This document shows, piece by piece, positions 32,145 to 44,160 of a DNA stretch of 64,000 bases (position 1 is the first letter of the stretch; every line of letters starts with the position of its first letter). The notes beneath the pieces were generated by a model. It was not told the origin of the DNA. It was given only the letters and a program-made list of their open reading frames with translations, and ran no database searches. The translations under genes and the position numbers were made by a program. Source of the DNA: an uncultured Planctomycetaceae bacterium (GTDB taxonomy: Bacteria > Planctomycetota > Planctomycetia > Pirellulales > PALSA-1355); NCBI GenBank assembly GCA_963785305.1, contig CAWAUV010000005.1, positions 288,001 to 352,000 of the forward strand. Reading direction: 5' to 3'.

Positions 32145-33238
32145 TTACAGTCGCGGCACTTCCACGGCGCGAAGCATGCTTTCGAGCGAGGCGTCGACCT
32201 TGTGGCCCTCGACTTCCGCCTCGGCGGTCATGATCACGCGATGCCGCAGCGCCGGAAGCACGAGCTCGACCACGTCGTCGGGCACGACGAAGCCTCGTCC
32301 GCGAAAAGCTGCCAGGGCCCGCGCCCTTGCAGCAGCGCGATGCCGGCCCGCGGCGAAGCGCCCATGTGGAACTGCGGCCATTCGCGAGTTTTTCGCACCA
32401 ATCGGCTGACATATTCGATCAGCCGGGCATCGGCATGAATCTCGCCGCACTGCCGCGAGACTTCCATGATCTCTTCGGGCGAGGTTTGCGGCGCGAGTTC
32501 GTTGGCCAATCGCAGGTCCATGTCGACCGGCTGGCTATGCCGCCGCAAAATTTCGGTTTCCTCGCCGGCCGAGGGATAATTGGCCACGATCTTGAACATA
32601 AAGCGATCGAGTTGCGCTTCGGGCAAATTGTAGGTGCCCTCGGATTCGATCGGGTTTTGCGTGGCGAGCACCAAAAACGGCCGCTTCAGCTTGTGGCTCG
32701 CGCGCTCGACCGTGACCCGATATTCTTGCATGATCTCGAGCAGCGCGGCGTGGGTCTTGGCTGGCGAGCGATTGATTTCGTCGGCCAAGAGCAGTTGCGT
32801 GAAGACCGGGCCGGGCCGAAAGCGAAACTCCTGCGTCTTCATGTCGAAGATCGGCGCGCCGGTAATATCGCTGGGCATCAAATCGGCCGTGAACTGGATC
32901 CGTCCGAATTGGCAGCCGAGCACGCGACCGAGTGTGCGCACGAACAATGTCTTGCCCAAGCCGGGCACGCTTTCGATCAGCACATGGCCGCCCGAGAACA
33001 GGGCCACCAGAGTGCTGAGCACGAGCTCGTCTTGGCCGACATAAATCTTGGCGATTTCGGCCGTCACGCGATCGAAGACCGATTTGATCGCCGCCGGCCC
33101 CGCGGGCGGCGAGGGCCCCGTAGGCGTCCCCGCGGCGGCGTTGGGGGCTGCCCCATCGGCGGCTGGCGCTGCCGCCTCCGCGCTCGGCGGGCTCGAAGTT
33201 TCGATGGCTTCGGATATTCGCGGTGTCGAATCGGTCAT
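32145..33238 (-). CDS. moxR: MoxR-family AAA+ ATPase (frameshift ~32322)
   Basis: VPGLGKT, RIQFTADLMPSD, LADEINR, ATQNPIESEGTY, GASPRA. Confidence 0.93.
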
Positions 33239-33333
33239 CGGCAAGGAGCTTTCTCGAGGAGAGACGATTAAAAAACCGGCGTCGGCGCGGCGAGCGGATG
33301 ATCCCGGGAGCGCTGCCCGCTCGCTTAAATCAC

Positions 33334-34467
33334 TTATAACTTCGAGTTCCGGTAGTCCGCCAATCGCCGCAGGGCATGTTCCCGATCGGTCGAACGGCGC
33401 AATAGTTTGCCCAGCGCCTCGGCGTGTAAACTGAAATCGCCCACATTCGGATCGCTGGGGTCTTGCGGTCGCCCGAAAATCGGCCAACGGGCGAAACAAA
33501 ATAGAATTCCCGCCGCCGCCAATTGCAATAACACCACATTCAGCGGCCAGACCCCGAGCAGCGCCAGCCCGCTCGGATACTCGGGCTTCGGCTCCGAATC
33601 CATGATGCGAGGATCGCCCGATGTTTCCAAGAAAACGACCCGTTCGTTCTCGGCCGTCATCTCGATAAGCCGACCGGCGAGCTGGCGATGCTCGCGATCG
33701 ACAAGCGGCAGGTTAAGCAGAAACGATCCATTGGCCACCACCAAGCTTCGGCCGCGGGCGCCGATTTTACAACAGCCCACGATCTGGTCTTCGCTCGAAG
33801 CGAGAATCGTGTCGAATTCGTCGGCCAGGAACATTTGACGTCTTAGCCGGATTGCCGCTTCTCCCCGCGGTTTGGCGTCGAGACCATCGACAAGCGAGCC
33901 CTCGAGCGAATTGGCGTCGCGCGGCTTACCGGCTTGCACCGTGTACCACTCGCAAGAAAGCGGCGGCGGCGATATCGCGCCTTCGAAATAAACGCGGTCG
34001 ATCGCTTGCCGACATCTGGATGCGAAGGCGTCCTTCAATTCCTTGGGCGCCCTGGCGACCATCTCACGCCAGTAGTCGGGTTCCGCGTCGTAATCGCGGC
34101 GGACATAAATCAGAGTTCGCTTACCGGGTTGAAGCATCCAGGCTTCGAACCAGGCGAGCGTCTCTTGCGAGGGCACGTCCGGAGTGCGCGAAAACCACAC
34201 GATCGTGTGCGATCGCTCGACCGAAGGCGATAGCGACCGGCGCACGATCACGCTCCGGCCCGAATCCTCGAACATATTCGCGAAAGCGAGCGTGCCGTTG
34301 ATGCTACCGTCGCGCAGGCCATAGCGGACATTGAGACTTTCCTTGCAACCGGCGAGCGCCAAGAAACCCAGCAGCGCCCAGCCGGCGATTGCCCGACGAC
34401 GCGGACCGGCGGCGACGCGGCCAGAACCGAGCCGCGGGTGGCGGCGATCATTGGCAATCGCGCTCAT
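33334..34467 (-). CDS. DUF4350-like lipoprotein/membrane protein
   Basis: LALAGC lipobox, SINGT..FA.MF, C-terminal TM with WPIFGRP; operon position. Confidence 0.7.
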   Translation of the reverse strand: MSAIANDRRHPRLGSGRVAAGPRRRAIAGWALLGFLALAGCKESLNVRYGLRDGSINGTLAFANMFEDSGRSVIVRRSLSPSVERSHTIVWFSRTPDVPSQETLAWFEAWMLQPGKRTLIYVRRDYDAEPDYWREMVARAPKELKDAFASRCRQAIDRVYFEGAISPPPLSCEWYTVQAGKPRDANSLEGSLVDGLDAKPRGEAAIRLRRQMFLADEFDTILASSEDQIVGCCKIGARGRSLVVANGSFLLNLPLVDREHRQLAGRLIEMTAENERVVFLETSGDPRIMDSEPKPEYPSGLALLGVWPLNVVLLQLAAAGILFCFARWPIFGRPQDPSDPNVGDFSLHAEALGKLLRRSTDREHALRRLADYRNSKL

Positions 34468-35322
34468 GCGGTCTCCTGGCCGACCAGCGCGGCGAAATTC
34501 GGCAGATCGTTCCAACACACGTCGACACTCTGGCGATCGAGCCGCTCGGCGCCGAAAAAGGCCCGCTCGAACCGGTCGATCGTTCGCGAGAGCAGCGAGC
34601 GCAGGTCGGACTTGCCCGATAGCTCGCGCAAGTATTGACGATTCGTCTTCCCGCGGGCGAGACGAATCAGATGGTGGCGATCGAGTTCGATCAGCTCGTG
34701 GCTAAAGAGGTAGACGATCGCCTCGGAAAAGCGGCCCTCGTCGTGCAGGCGCCGCGCCATGGCCAGCAGATCGCTTCGAGCACCTCGACCGGAAACGGCA
34801 AGTTCTCGACCCGGTCGGCCGAGACCAACCTGCTCGCCGATTTGGTTTTCGTGGCCGTCATGCGCTCGCGTTCCAGAAACGCCCGCACGAGCAGCCAGGC
34901 GAGTCCGAGCAGGATCGCGGCCAGAACCGCATAGGCCGCGAACTTGACGATCACGCCCAACCATTTGAGGATTCCACTCCACGACGACTCCGAGTTCTCG
35001 GCGGGCCGATCGTCTTGTGGCTCGATATTTATCGGGCGCACGGCGTCGTTTTTCGGATCGTACCACGGGGCCGACTTGAGATCACCATGAAACGCCTCGC
35101 GGCCGCGGCTGGCCCAGGCGTCGTCGTCGGTCGCTTGGTCCGTCGCGGTTTCATCGGCCCAGCATCGCCGGGCGCCCCAGCGCGAATCGCGGCCGAACGC
35201 GGCGCCGACAATGACCATTGCCAAGAGCAGCGCGAGCGCGCGTCGCCAGGGCGCGGCGCTCCGACCGGCGCGGGCGGCGGCGAAGACGCCACGCATTCGA
35301 ATTGTGAATCGAGCGCGTTCAT
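34464..35322 (-). CDS. DUF4129 domain protein (frameshifted)
   Basis: GRFSEAIVYLF, GKTNRQYLREL, FERAFFG. Confidence 0.8.
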
Positions 35323-36149
35323 AGCGGTTGTTCGACGAGTCGCGCTCGCTCGGCGCGAAGTTTGATTTCCACTTCCCAACCCTCGTTGCGAATGCGCAGA
35401 TTGAGATATGTCAGATAACGCACGACGGCGAAGTAGCCCACGGTCAGCCATTCGGCCGCCGGCAAAACGACCGCGAGCATCCACCAGTCGAACTCCGCCG
35501 AACCGCCGAGCATCTCGCGCAAAAACAGCACCGAGAAGCAAAGCGATAAGATCATCGCCACGCCGAGCGCCATCGAACCGAGCCAGATGCCAAGAAACTC
35601 GCCGCCAAAGCCCGCATGCAGCTCCAGGCCGCGGCGAAACGTGCTCTTGGTCTTCGGACGGTTGGGCTGCTTTCGCGGCCAGCCCGGGTGTCGCTCGAGC
35701 AAGATCACTTCGTTCAAAAAAGGCCACCAACAATAGGGCACGATCCACCCGATTTCGAGCACCCCCAGGCTGCCGCGCACAATGACCTGAAACCAGAAAA
35801 GCTGCGGCAAGCTGCCGACGAATTCTCGTAGAATGACGCGAGGCCGCGCTTCGACCAAAAACATGGACTGGCCCAGGTAGAGCGTGATAAACGCGGTCGC
35901 AAGCGGGATTTCGATCGCGGTGAGCAGCGCTTGCCAGAAGACGAATCCCCACGGAAACTCGTCGCGCAGCTCGATCGCGTCGAGCCGTCCCATGAGCGCC
36001 AAATGGTTCACGATCGCCAGGGGCAGAGCGCCCGCGACCAAGGCGCCCAGAAGCGGCGCCGCGTGTCGCCGAATGACCGGCAGCGCCAAGTCGAGCGTTT
36101 CGCCCCAACTGCGGTCGCGAATCACGATCGCGGTGCGATCAAGCCGCAT
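35319..36149 (-). CDS. Membrane protein of the MoxR/SpoIIM operon
   Basis: IRDRSWGETLDLAL, YLNLRIRNEGWEVE; multiple TMs. Confidence 0.8.
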   Translation of the reverse strand: MRLDRTAIVIRDRSWGETLDLALPVIRRHAAPLLGALVAGALPLAIVNHLALMGRLDAIELRDEFPWGFVFWQALLTAIEIPLATAFITLYLGQSMFLVEARPRVILREFVGSLPQLFWFQVIVRGSLGVLEIGWIVPYCWWPFLNEVILLERHPGWPRKQPNRPKTKSTFRRGLELHAGFGGEFLGIWLGSMALGVAMILSLCFSVLFLREMLGGSAEFDWWMLAVVLPAAEWLTVGYFAVVRYLTYLNLRIRNEGWEVEIKLRAERARLVEQPL

Positions 36150-37146
36150 GCGGCGCTCCTTTCGCCGCGGCGCTTCGCGATGCTCGCGGTCCGGTGGGCC
36201 GCAATCCAAGTCCGAAAAAATAGAACAGCAATAGCGCGCTCGAGATCGCGGCCACGAGCGCCTTGATCCAATACGGCGCCATCGATGGCGACAGGAAACC
36301 TTCGATCAGCGCCGCGAACGAAAAAAGCGCCATGCTCACGCCCATGGCGGGCATCGCCTGCCGCGCGCTCGATTGCAAAGCCGCGAGTCGCGAGAGGCCG
36401 CCCGTATTGATGAGCGCGAAGCCCAGCCGCATGCCGGCCGCCGCCGAAAGCACGATCGCCGTGAGCTCGAAGGGGCCGTGGGCCGTGACGAACTGAAAGA
36501 AGTTGTCGCGCGACGGCGAGCGGATCATCGCCCCGAACACGGTTCCCAGCGTGGCGGCGTTGAAGACCGTGGTGAAAATCCCGCCGATTCCCAAGAGCAA
36601 CCCGCCGGCGAAGCATTGCAGGCCAATACTCGTGTTGTGCCAAATGTAGAAGCCGACCATGACCGCGTTTTCGTCGGCCCCGCGCTCCGAGATGCTTTTC
36701 GAGTGCATCTCCCGCATCGAGCTAAGCATCTCGGCGCCCAAGAGCCGTTCGGCAAAGTCGGGCTTGAAGTGGGCCAGGGCCATGGCGCTGAAGAACATGC
36801 CCCAGAAGATGCCCGCCGCCAGCCACAAACACCGATCGCGCGCCAGCCGCCTCGGCAATTCCTGAAACAATTCGCGCCCCCAAGAGCGAAAATTAAATCG
36901 CTGGCTCCGATACAGTTGATTGTGCGCCCGCCCCACCAGATCGTGCAAATAGGCCACGGCGCCCGGCGGCAATTGATACGCGTCGGCCAGCGCCAAATCG
37001 GCGCAGGCGGCGCGATAGAGCGACGCGAATCGACACACCCGCCGCGGACCGATCGAGATCAGCCGCCGCTCCTTCAGCTCCCCGATCAAGCCCTCGAGCT
37101 CGCGCCAGTTGTCGCGCCGGGTGGCGAGAAGTTCGGTGACCTTCAT
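36139..37146 (-). CDS. Stage II sporulation protein M (DUF95) family membrane protein
   Basis: LYRAACADLA, FYIWHN, AHGPFELTAI, AALIEGFLSP. Confidence 0.9.
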   Translation of the reverse strand: MKVTELLATRRDNWRELEGLIGELKERRLISIGPRRVCRFASLYRAACADLALADAYQLPPGAVAYLHDLVGRAHNQLYRSQRFNFRSWGRELFQELPRRLARDRCLWLAAGIFWGMFFSAMALAHFKPDFAERLLGAEMLSSMREMHSKSISERGADENAVMVGFYIWHNTSIGLQCFAGGLLLGIGGIFTTVFNAATLGTVFGAMIRSPSRDNFFQFVTAHGPFELTAIVLSAAAGMRLGFALINTGGLSRLAALQSSARQAMPAMGVSMALFSFAALIEGFLSPSMAPYWIKALVAAISSALLLFYFFGLGLRPTGPRASRSAAAKGAPHAA

Positions 37147-38136
37147 GACCAGCCGTCTCCCGCCGTGGGCTTGATCGAAGCCGCTCCGCGACCGGCCAGC
37201 GGCTCGGGACCATCGGAGTTCCAGATATCCACGCGCCGCGATTCGGTCGCCGGCAAATCGGCAAAGGGAAATTCCGCCACGCTGATCGGTTCCAAGATGC
37301 TCGTCGGGTCCGCCGATAGCTGCCCGGCCCGGGCTCGCTCGGCCACGAACACATGGTGATACAAAGCGCACAGCAGGAGATCGGGACTTGTATCGGGCGG
37401 AAGTTGGAAACGCGCCGCCAGCGGCTCCGCCAGGATATTGGCGATCTCCGCGCGGCGCCACGCCGAAAAAGCGCCGCCGCTCCATGAAGGCGCTCAAGGC
37501 CCGGGCGAGCGAAGGACCGGGAACGAAATTCGCCGGCAGCGCGGCGGCCAGTTCGCGCACTCTGGGGCTATCGACCGGCGCGACGCCGCGGAGCAGCCGC
37601 CGATGTTCGATCACCACCATCGTGCCGCATGCCAAGTCGCCCCACCGCTCGAATCGCTCGCTGAGCATCATCGTGGCCAGGCCGAGCGAATAGACCGGCA
37701 GAAAGAGCATCGCCCCCGCGAATTGAAAGGGCGCGAGCGGCATTGAGTCGACCGACCGCAGCACATTACGCAACACCGCCTGTAGGGCATTGATCGGTTG
37801 ACCATCGCGAGTAAGCACTCTCAGCCCGAGAAACCACTTGCCCGGCGTTTGCCCGTTCCAAAAAGTCTCGAACAGGCCGCCATAGAACCAGGAGAGCAGA
37901 AACCAAAACACGAGGAAGGCGCCGATGCCGAAGCTGCCCCCAAACCGGGTAAACGCCAGCGCGACTCCGGCGCCAATCAAAATCACGACCCGAATCGCGC
38001 CATCGATCAAATACGCGACGCCGCGGCGACTGGGCCCGGCGAGCTCGTAATGAAAGGCGATGTTTTCGGGCGTGACGATGGGAATATGGGAATCGATCGG
38101 ACGGCGCGCATCGAGTTCCCTGGCGGCTTGCAACAT
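37143..38136 (-). CDS. RDD family protein (frameshift ~37455)
   Basis: TPENI, LAGPSRRGVAYLID, NGQTPGK, RWGDLACGTMV. Confidence 0.9.
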
Positions 38137-38429
38137 GCCCCCAATTATTCGCCGAAGTCGGCCGGCCCGCAAGCGCCAGCCGCCGATGGCCGGCCAGTAA
38201 AATCCGCATCGCCCCGAGGGCTCGCGAAATCGTTGAAGAGCCGATGATTTGCGTTATGCTCGGAGCTCGCTGGCCGAGTCGTCATATTCACAAGCACCGC
38301 CGGTCCCGCCGCTTTCGTTCATTCCAACGCCCTCCCCAGGATAAATTCCCGCGTGCCCACTGAATCCCTGAAATCTATGGCCGAAAACATCCCAACGCCG
38401 AAGCAACGCCAATGGAGGTCATGCGCACT

Positions 38430-38754
38430 TACGACCAGCTTCGATTCGAGCTGGTCGAGCTTCTGGTCCCTGGCCGCCTCCAGCCGCGGAGGCCGACCGC
38501 CTGACCGGTCGAAGGTCCGCTCGGCCTGATTGAAGTGTTGTTTACCCACAGATGGATCAGGCTCGGCTGGACCTTGAGTTCATCGGCCAGGCCCGACACC
38601 GGCGTCTTGCCGCTCCAGTGCCGACGCGCGACCTGGGCCTTCTGCTCGGCGGAAAACTGTCGACGCGTTCGCGATCCGCTCATGGAGCTGTCCTCCCTTG
38701 GGATTCATGCTAATCCCAACGGCGAAACATTCCAGTTCCTAGAGGTTGAGGACA
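38430..38754 (-). mobile_element. IS3-family remnant (left end and degraded orfA)
   Basis: TG-starting end at 38754; RRQFSAEQKAQV...VSGLADEL.VQPSLIHLW helix-turn-helix. Confidence 0.7.
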
Positions 38755-38757
38755 TAA

Positions 38758-40440
38758 TCACACTCCCTGAGTGGATATTCGAGCCAACAGAAGCAACTCG
38801 TCGAGCATCCGAAAGACCAACGACGAAGGCGGCATGAACGTGGGCTGCCCATCGTCAACAAGCGCGGTGTTGAGGTGGACCCCGTGTGTTTGGTGCTGGT
38901 GGTGCGGGCCATTTATCATATAAATGGTATCCGGCGTGACAGAGACACCTTTCTCTTGTAGAGCGGCTAAAAGCGCGTTAAGGCTATGCCGATAGTCGTA
39001 TTGCTTCAAGTCGCCCTCTGCGAATCCCTGAGGTGCTGACGATTTGACGGACAGGCGGACAACTTAGCATGGGCGTCCAGCAAAGGAGAGCCTGGATGAG
39101 CAAGAAGCGAGTTCGGTCCGTAAAGTCTGCCCCGGCGGCGCCGGCGTCTCGGTCGCGGCGGGCGTTCGACGAGGGCTTCAAGAGTGAAGCGGTGGCAATG
39201 CTGCTGGATGGACATTCGGCGGCCTCGGTCGCCGAGCGGCTCGGGCTGTCGAGCGTGAATTTGCTGTACCGCTGGAAGCGCGAGCAGCTCGACAAGGCCG
39301 GGCCGGCGGCGAGCTCGCTCGAGGCACGCGTGCGGCAGCTCGAACACGAGTTGCAGCGCGTCGAGCGCGAGCGTGACATCCTAAAAAAAGCGTTGGCTAT
39401 TTTCGGCCGCAACGGGTGAGTGACATGTATGCCGCCGTCGAACCGATCGTCGCCGAAAGTCAGTCGTCTACATCCGTGGTATGCGATGTGCTTGATGTCT
39501 CGCGCAGCGCGTACTACGCCTGGCGCGGCACCGTGACCTCGACGCGCGAACAGCGCGACACGGAGCTTTCGCCGCGGGTGCGCGAAATCTTCTGGAAGCA
39601 TCGACGACGCTACGGCGCCCGACGAATCGCCTGGGAGTTGACCGAGGCGGGCCAGGCGTGCAGCCCCCGCAAAGCCGCGGAAATCATGCGGAATCTGGGC
39701 CTCAAGGCCATTCAGCCGAAGTCGTTCAAGCCGCGCACGACCGACAGCCGCCATCGCCTGGGCTACAGTCCGAACCTGCTGCTGGAGGAACCCGAGACCA
39801 CGCGGACCGATCAGCTTTGGGTCGGCGACATCACGTACATTCCGATGGCCGATCGATCGTTCTGTTATCTGGCGATGCTGATGGATCGCCACTCGCGATT
39901 GCTCATCGGCTGGGAACTGGACGCATCGATGACCGACGCGCTGACCGCTCGCGCACTCACGCAAGCCGTGCGTCGACGCCACCCGTCGGCGAACCTGATC
40001 CATCACACCGACCGTGGTGGTCAATACGCGAGTCATCGTTACCGCGACATCCTCCGCCGCGCCGGTTTCCGCCAGAGCATGAGTCGCGCCGACAACTGCT
40101 ACGACAATGCATTCATCGAATCGTGCTTCGGAACCATCAAGACCGAACTGGAAATGACCGAATATCAAAACGAGCGCGTCGCCGCGGGCGAGATCGCCGA
40201 GTTCGTGCGCTACTACAACCACGAACGCCGCCACTCCTCCTTGGGCTACCGCACGCCCTTCGAATTCGAGCAACAACTGAACAACCAAACACCGACGCCT
40301 TAGAGAATCGCCTGTCCGTCAAATCGTCAGCACCTCACCCCGCTTAAACAAAGCCGATTTCAGGAAGAGTGCGGCGGCATGGGAAGCGACGAAATAGAAC
40401 GGGATGCCAGTCAGTTTAGCTCGCGTACCGTCATCGTTGA
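38758..40440 (-). pseudogene. Hypothetical (HEPN-like) gene split by IS3
   Basis: Removing the IS and one CCC rejoins the frame: GIPFYFVASHAAALFLKSALFKR|GFAEGDLKQYDYRHSLNALL. Confidence 0.55.
39029..40337 (+). mobile_element. Intact IS3-family element
   Basis: Perfect 29-bp IRs TGAGGTGCTGACGATTTGACGGACAGGCG; CCC 3-bp target duplication; orfA 39096-39419, orfB 39416-40303 (WVGDITY, HHTDRGGQY, CYDNA); AAAAAAAG frameshift motif ~39383. Confidence 0.96.
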
Positions 40441-40710
40441 TTGAGGTGCGTCGAGTATAACGTCGAAGGGAATGCGCTGAAGATCGATTGGGTTGACGGT
40501 GGCGGGCTCGAAGAAATGCTCGGAAAGATCGTTGAAGCGGAAGGTCCGGGAATATACAAGATCACCGGCTATACGACCGATAAGCTCGGCAAACTCTCTG
40601 ATATCCCGCTGCAACGGCTTGGAAATCGCATTGTGAATTCACTGGGTGGATCGTGGTCCGCTTCCGTCATCTTTGCTGACGGAAAGCGGTTTCTTACGCT
40701 AACACGGTAA
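40441..40710 (+). CDS. Small low-GC hypothetical protein or fragment
   Basis: Protein-like composition only; start uncertain. Confidence 0.35.
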   Translation: MRCVEYNVEGNALKIDWVDGGGLEEMLGKIVEAEGPGIYKITGYTTDKLGKLSDIPLQRLGNRIVNSLGGSWSASVIFADGKRFLTLTR

Positions 40711-41038
40711 ATCAAATGGCTCAAACCCCTCCAGAGAATTGCAGGTGGTGGCATGCTCGCATCGATGCGACGTTGGCGTGGCTTCGCGGCGAATCAATCC
40801 AGAGCGTTGTCGCGAGTCTCGAAACGTATGGGCCGTGAACGCTCGTCGAATTGACAGTTCGCCGGCATAGCATGGCTTCGCCGCGTCGGGAAGTTTTGCG
40901 AGGCGACCGACCGCTTTCCGGAATTTGTTGCAGTTCAGCAAGAGGTCGCGAGACTGCGCACGTCGTTTCAAGAAACGATGCGGAAAGTCGGGCTCGAAAA
41001 AAGCCTTCCGCCGACGGCAAAAACGCCGCGAGTCGCGT

Positions 41039-42550
41039 TCACGCGTCCGGCTCGGCCCAGGCCAGTGATCGGGCCACCGCCTTTTTCCATGTTCGCATGC
41101 GGCTTTCGCGTTCCGACGCGACCATTCGTGGCTCGAAGGCGCGCTCGAGCGCCCAACGTTGGCGAACATCGTCGAGACCGTCCCAGTAGCCGACCGCCAA
41201 CCCGGCCAGATAGGCCGCGCCGAGCGCCGTGGTTTCCGAAACTCTCGGCCGCTCGACAGCCACGCCGAGCAAGTCGGCTTGAAATTGCATCAGGGCATTG
41301 TTCACGGCGGCGCCGCCATCGACCTTAAGACTCGTGAGCTGCCGGCTGGCGTCGCGTTGCATCGCGTCGAGCAGTTCGCGGGTTTGAAAGGCCATCGATT
41401 CGATCGCCGCACGCGCGATGTGCGCGGCGGTGGTCCCGCGCGTGAGACCGAAAATCGCGCCGCGGGCATATGCGTCCCAATAGGGCGCCCCCAATCCGAC
41501 AAAGCCGGGCACGAACACCACGCCGCCGGAATCCGGCGCCTGGGCCGCAAGCTGCTCGACATCGGCCGATTGCTCGATGAATCGAAGGCCATCGCGCAGA
41601 AACTGGACCACGGCGCCGGCGATAAACACCGAGCCTTCAAGACAGTAGGTCACGCGACCATCGAGCTGCCAGCCCACCGTGGCGAGCAGATTGTTTTGCG
41701 ATTCCATCGGCCGCTCGCCGGTGTTCATCAGCAAAAAACAGCCGGTGCCATAAGTGTTCTTGGCGCTGCCGGGCTCGAAACAGGCTTGGCCGAAGGTGGC
41801 CGCTTGTTGATCGCCCGCGCAGCCGGCCAGGGGAATCGCCGCCCCTAGCCAGCGCGCGCTCGCCTCGCCATGGACATGGCTCGATGGGCCGACTCGCGGC
41901 AACATTGCCCGCGGCACGCCAAAGAGCGCCAGCAGTTCATCGTCCCATTCAAGCGTGTGGATGTTGAAGAGCATCGTGCGGCTGGCGTTGCTCACATCGG
42001 TCGCGTGCAACCGGCCCTCGGTCAGGCGCCACAACAGCCAGGTGTCGACGGTGCCGAAAAGTATTTCGCCGCGCTCGGCCCGGGCGCGGAGGCCGTCGAT
42101 CGAGTCGAGCAGGTGCTTGATCTTGCCAGCGGAGAAATAGGCGTCGATGACAAGACCGGACTTCCGACGCACCATGTCGGAATGTCCATCGGCTCGCAAT
42201 CGATCGCAGATTCCGGCGCTCACGCGGCTTTGCCACACCACGGCGTTGGCGACCGGCCGGCCGCTGTCACGCTCCCAGAGAATAGTCGTTTCGCGCTGAT
42301 TCGTCACACCGATTGCCGCGATCGCTTGCGGCGCGACGCCCGCCGTGGCGATCGCCCGCCGAGCCACGTCGAGTTGCGTGCTCCAGATTGCTTCGGGATC
42401 GTGCTCGACAATGCCCGGCGCCGGCAAGATTTGCGGCAGCTCCCGCTGGGACATGGCAACCGGGCGGCCGGCATGGTCGAACACGATCGCCCGGCTCGAT
42501 GTCGTGCCTTGGTCGAGGGCGAGAATATAGGTTTCGTGGGGGAGGGACAT
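41039..42550 (-). CDS. glpK: Glycerol kinase
   Basis: [45 protein letters not shown]. Confidence 0.96.
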   Translation of the reverse strand: MSLPHETYILALDQGTTSSRAIVFDHAGRPVAMSQRELPQILPAPGIVEHDPEAIWSTQLDVARRAIATAGVAPQAIAAIGVTNQRETTILWERDSGRPVANAVVWQSRVSAGICDRLRADGHSDMVRRKSGLVIDAYFSAGKIKHLLDSIDGLRARAERGEILFGTVDTWLLWRLTEGRLHATDVSNASRTMLFNIHTLEWDDELLALFGVPRAMLPRVGPSSHVHGEASARWLGAAIPLAGCAGDQQAATFGQACFEPGSAKNTYGTGCFLLMNTGERPMESQNNLLATVGWQLDGRVTYCLEGSVFIAGAVVQFLRDGLRFIEQSADVEQLAAQAPDSGGVVFVPGFVGLGAPYWDAYARGAIFGLTRGTTAAHIARAAIESMAFQTRELLDAMQRDASRQLTSLKVDGGAAVNNALMQFQADLLGVAVERPRVSETTALGAAYLAGLAVGYWDGLDDVRQRWALERAFEPRMVASERESRMRTWKKAVARSLAWAEPDA

Positions 42551-42906
42551 GGCGAAGCCTTGGATCGAAGGGACGACGCGGGGTCAGCGTGAAGAAATGC
42601 TCGACAACATCGGCGGCGCGAAATCCGAGCGACTGGGGGCACGACCGCCATAACGGCATGGCAAATCGCGGGAGTTTGCCGGCTCGTCGATTTGGCGATT
42701 CCCTATCTTGGCGACTCGCTGAAGCGCATGCAAACTGTTTCGAGATTCCGCGGGGCTCGCGGCGACCAACGCCTCTCCGAATCGGGAACAACGCGGACCT
42801 AGCGCGCTCACTCTTGGCGCCGAGCGGCGCACGCGATAGCCTGTGGGGCTGCCACAAGCATCGCGGTTTCGCTTGACCGATCCCAATTCATTCGCGGAAT
42901 TCGACC

Positions 42907-44103
42907 ATGTCCACCCGTGATTCTTCTCTCCCCGGAACCGTGAATCCGCCGGTTCGTTTGCTGCTCGGACCTGGGCCAAGCGACACGCATCCGCGCGTGC
43001 TCGAAGCTCTGGGTCGCGGAACGGTCGGGCATCTCGATCCCTACTATCTCGCGATCATGAACGAAATGCAGCAAATGCTGCGCACCGTCTTTCGCACGGA
43101 AAACTCGATGACGCTCGCCATCAGCGGCACGGGCTCCGCTGGCATGGAGGCCACGGTCAATAACCTCATCGAGCCGGGCGACGCGATGCTGGTGTGCGTC
43201 AATGGCGTGTTCGGAGGACGCATGGTCGACGTGGCCGAGCGGGCCGGCGCCCGGGTGGCGAAAGTCGAACGCCCGTGGGGCGAAGTCTTCGCGCCCGATG
43301 ACTTGGCCTCGGCCCTCGAGCGGCACAAGCCGAAGGTGGTGGGAATCGTCATGGCCGAAACCTCGACCGGCGCATGGCAGCCGATCGAGGAAATTTCCAA
43401 AGTCGTGCATGAGGCCGGCGCCTTGCTCTTGGTCGACGCGGTGACGGCGTTGGGCGGAGTTCCAGTCGAGGTCGATGCCTGGAAGATCGACGCGATCTAT
43501 GCCGGCACGCAAAAATGCTTAAGCTGCCCGCCGGGACTCGCGCCGGTGTCATTCAGTCCCCGGGCGATGGACGTGGTGCTCGGCCGCAAGACCAAGCCGC
43601 AAAGCTGGTATCTCGATGTGACGATGCTGGCCAAATACTGGGGCTCCGAGCGAGTCTATCACCACACCGCCCCGATCAACATGACCTACGCTCTCCACGA
43701 AGCACTGCGTCTCGTGCTTGGAGAGGGGCTCGAAGCCTGCTTCGCCCGGCACGCGAAAAATCATCGGGCGCTCAAGGCGGGGCTCGCGGCGATCGGCGCC
43801 GAATATGCGAGCCCGCAAGGTCGCCAGTTGCCGCAACTCAATGCGATTCGTATTCCCGAGGGAATCGACGACGCCTCGGTTCGCAAACAACTTCTCGACG
43901 GGTTCGGCATTGAAATCGGGGCGGGGCTTGGCGCGTTCAAAGGCAAGGTGTGGCGAGTGGGGCTCATGGGATATGGTTCCCGGGCGAACAATGTGCTCTT
44001 GCTATTGGCCGCGCTGGAGCAACTGCTGGCCACGGCCGGATATGAATTCGATCACGGCGCCGGAGTGGCGGCGGCCAGCGATGTGTATGCGAGCGCCAGA
44101 TAA
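42907..44103 (+). CDS. Class V aminotransferase (alanine-glyoxylate/serine-pyruvate)
   Basis: [40 protein letters not shown]. Confidence 0.93.
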   Translation: MSTRDSSLPGTVNPPVRLLLGPGPSDTHPRVLEALGRGTVGHLDPYYLAIMNEMQQMLRTVFRTENSMTLAISGTGSAGMEATVNNLIEPGDAMLVCVNGVFGGRMVDVAERAGARVAKVERPWGEVFAPDDLASALERHKPKVVGIVMAETSTGAWQPIEEISKVVHEAGALLLVDAVTALGGVPVEVDAWKIDAIYAGTQKCLSCPPGLAPVSFSPRAMDVVLGRKTKPQSWYLDVTMLAKYWGSERVYHHTAPINMTYALHEALRLVLGEGLEACFARHAKNHRALKAGLAAIGAEYASPQGRQLPQLNAIRIPEGIDDASVRKQLLDGFGIEIGAGLGAFKGKVWRVGLMGYGSRANNVLLLLAALEQLLATAGYEFDHGAGVAAASDVYASAR

Positions 44104-44160
44104 ACCCGAGACGCGACTCACCCGCGGACTCCGACTTTTTGCCCTATCGATCCGGTGGCG

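Noticed and set aside
36139..38172. RDD-SpoIIM fusion protein (677 aa ORF)
   Set aside because: A frameshift at ~37455 joins them; RDD's own C-terminus continues in another frame and stops at 37143, overlapping the SpoIIM ATG.
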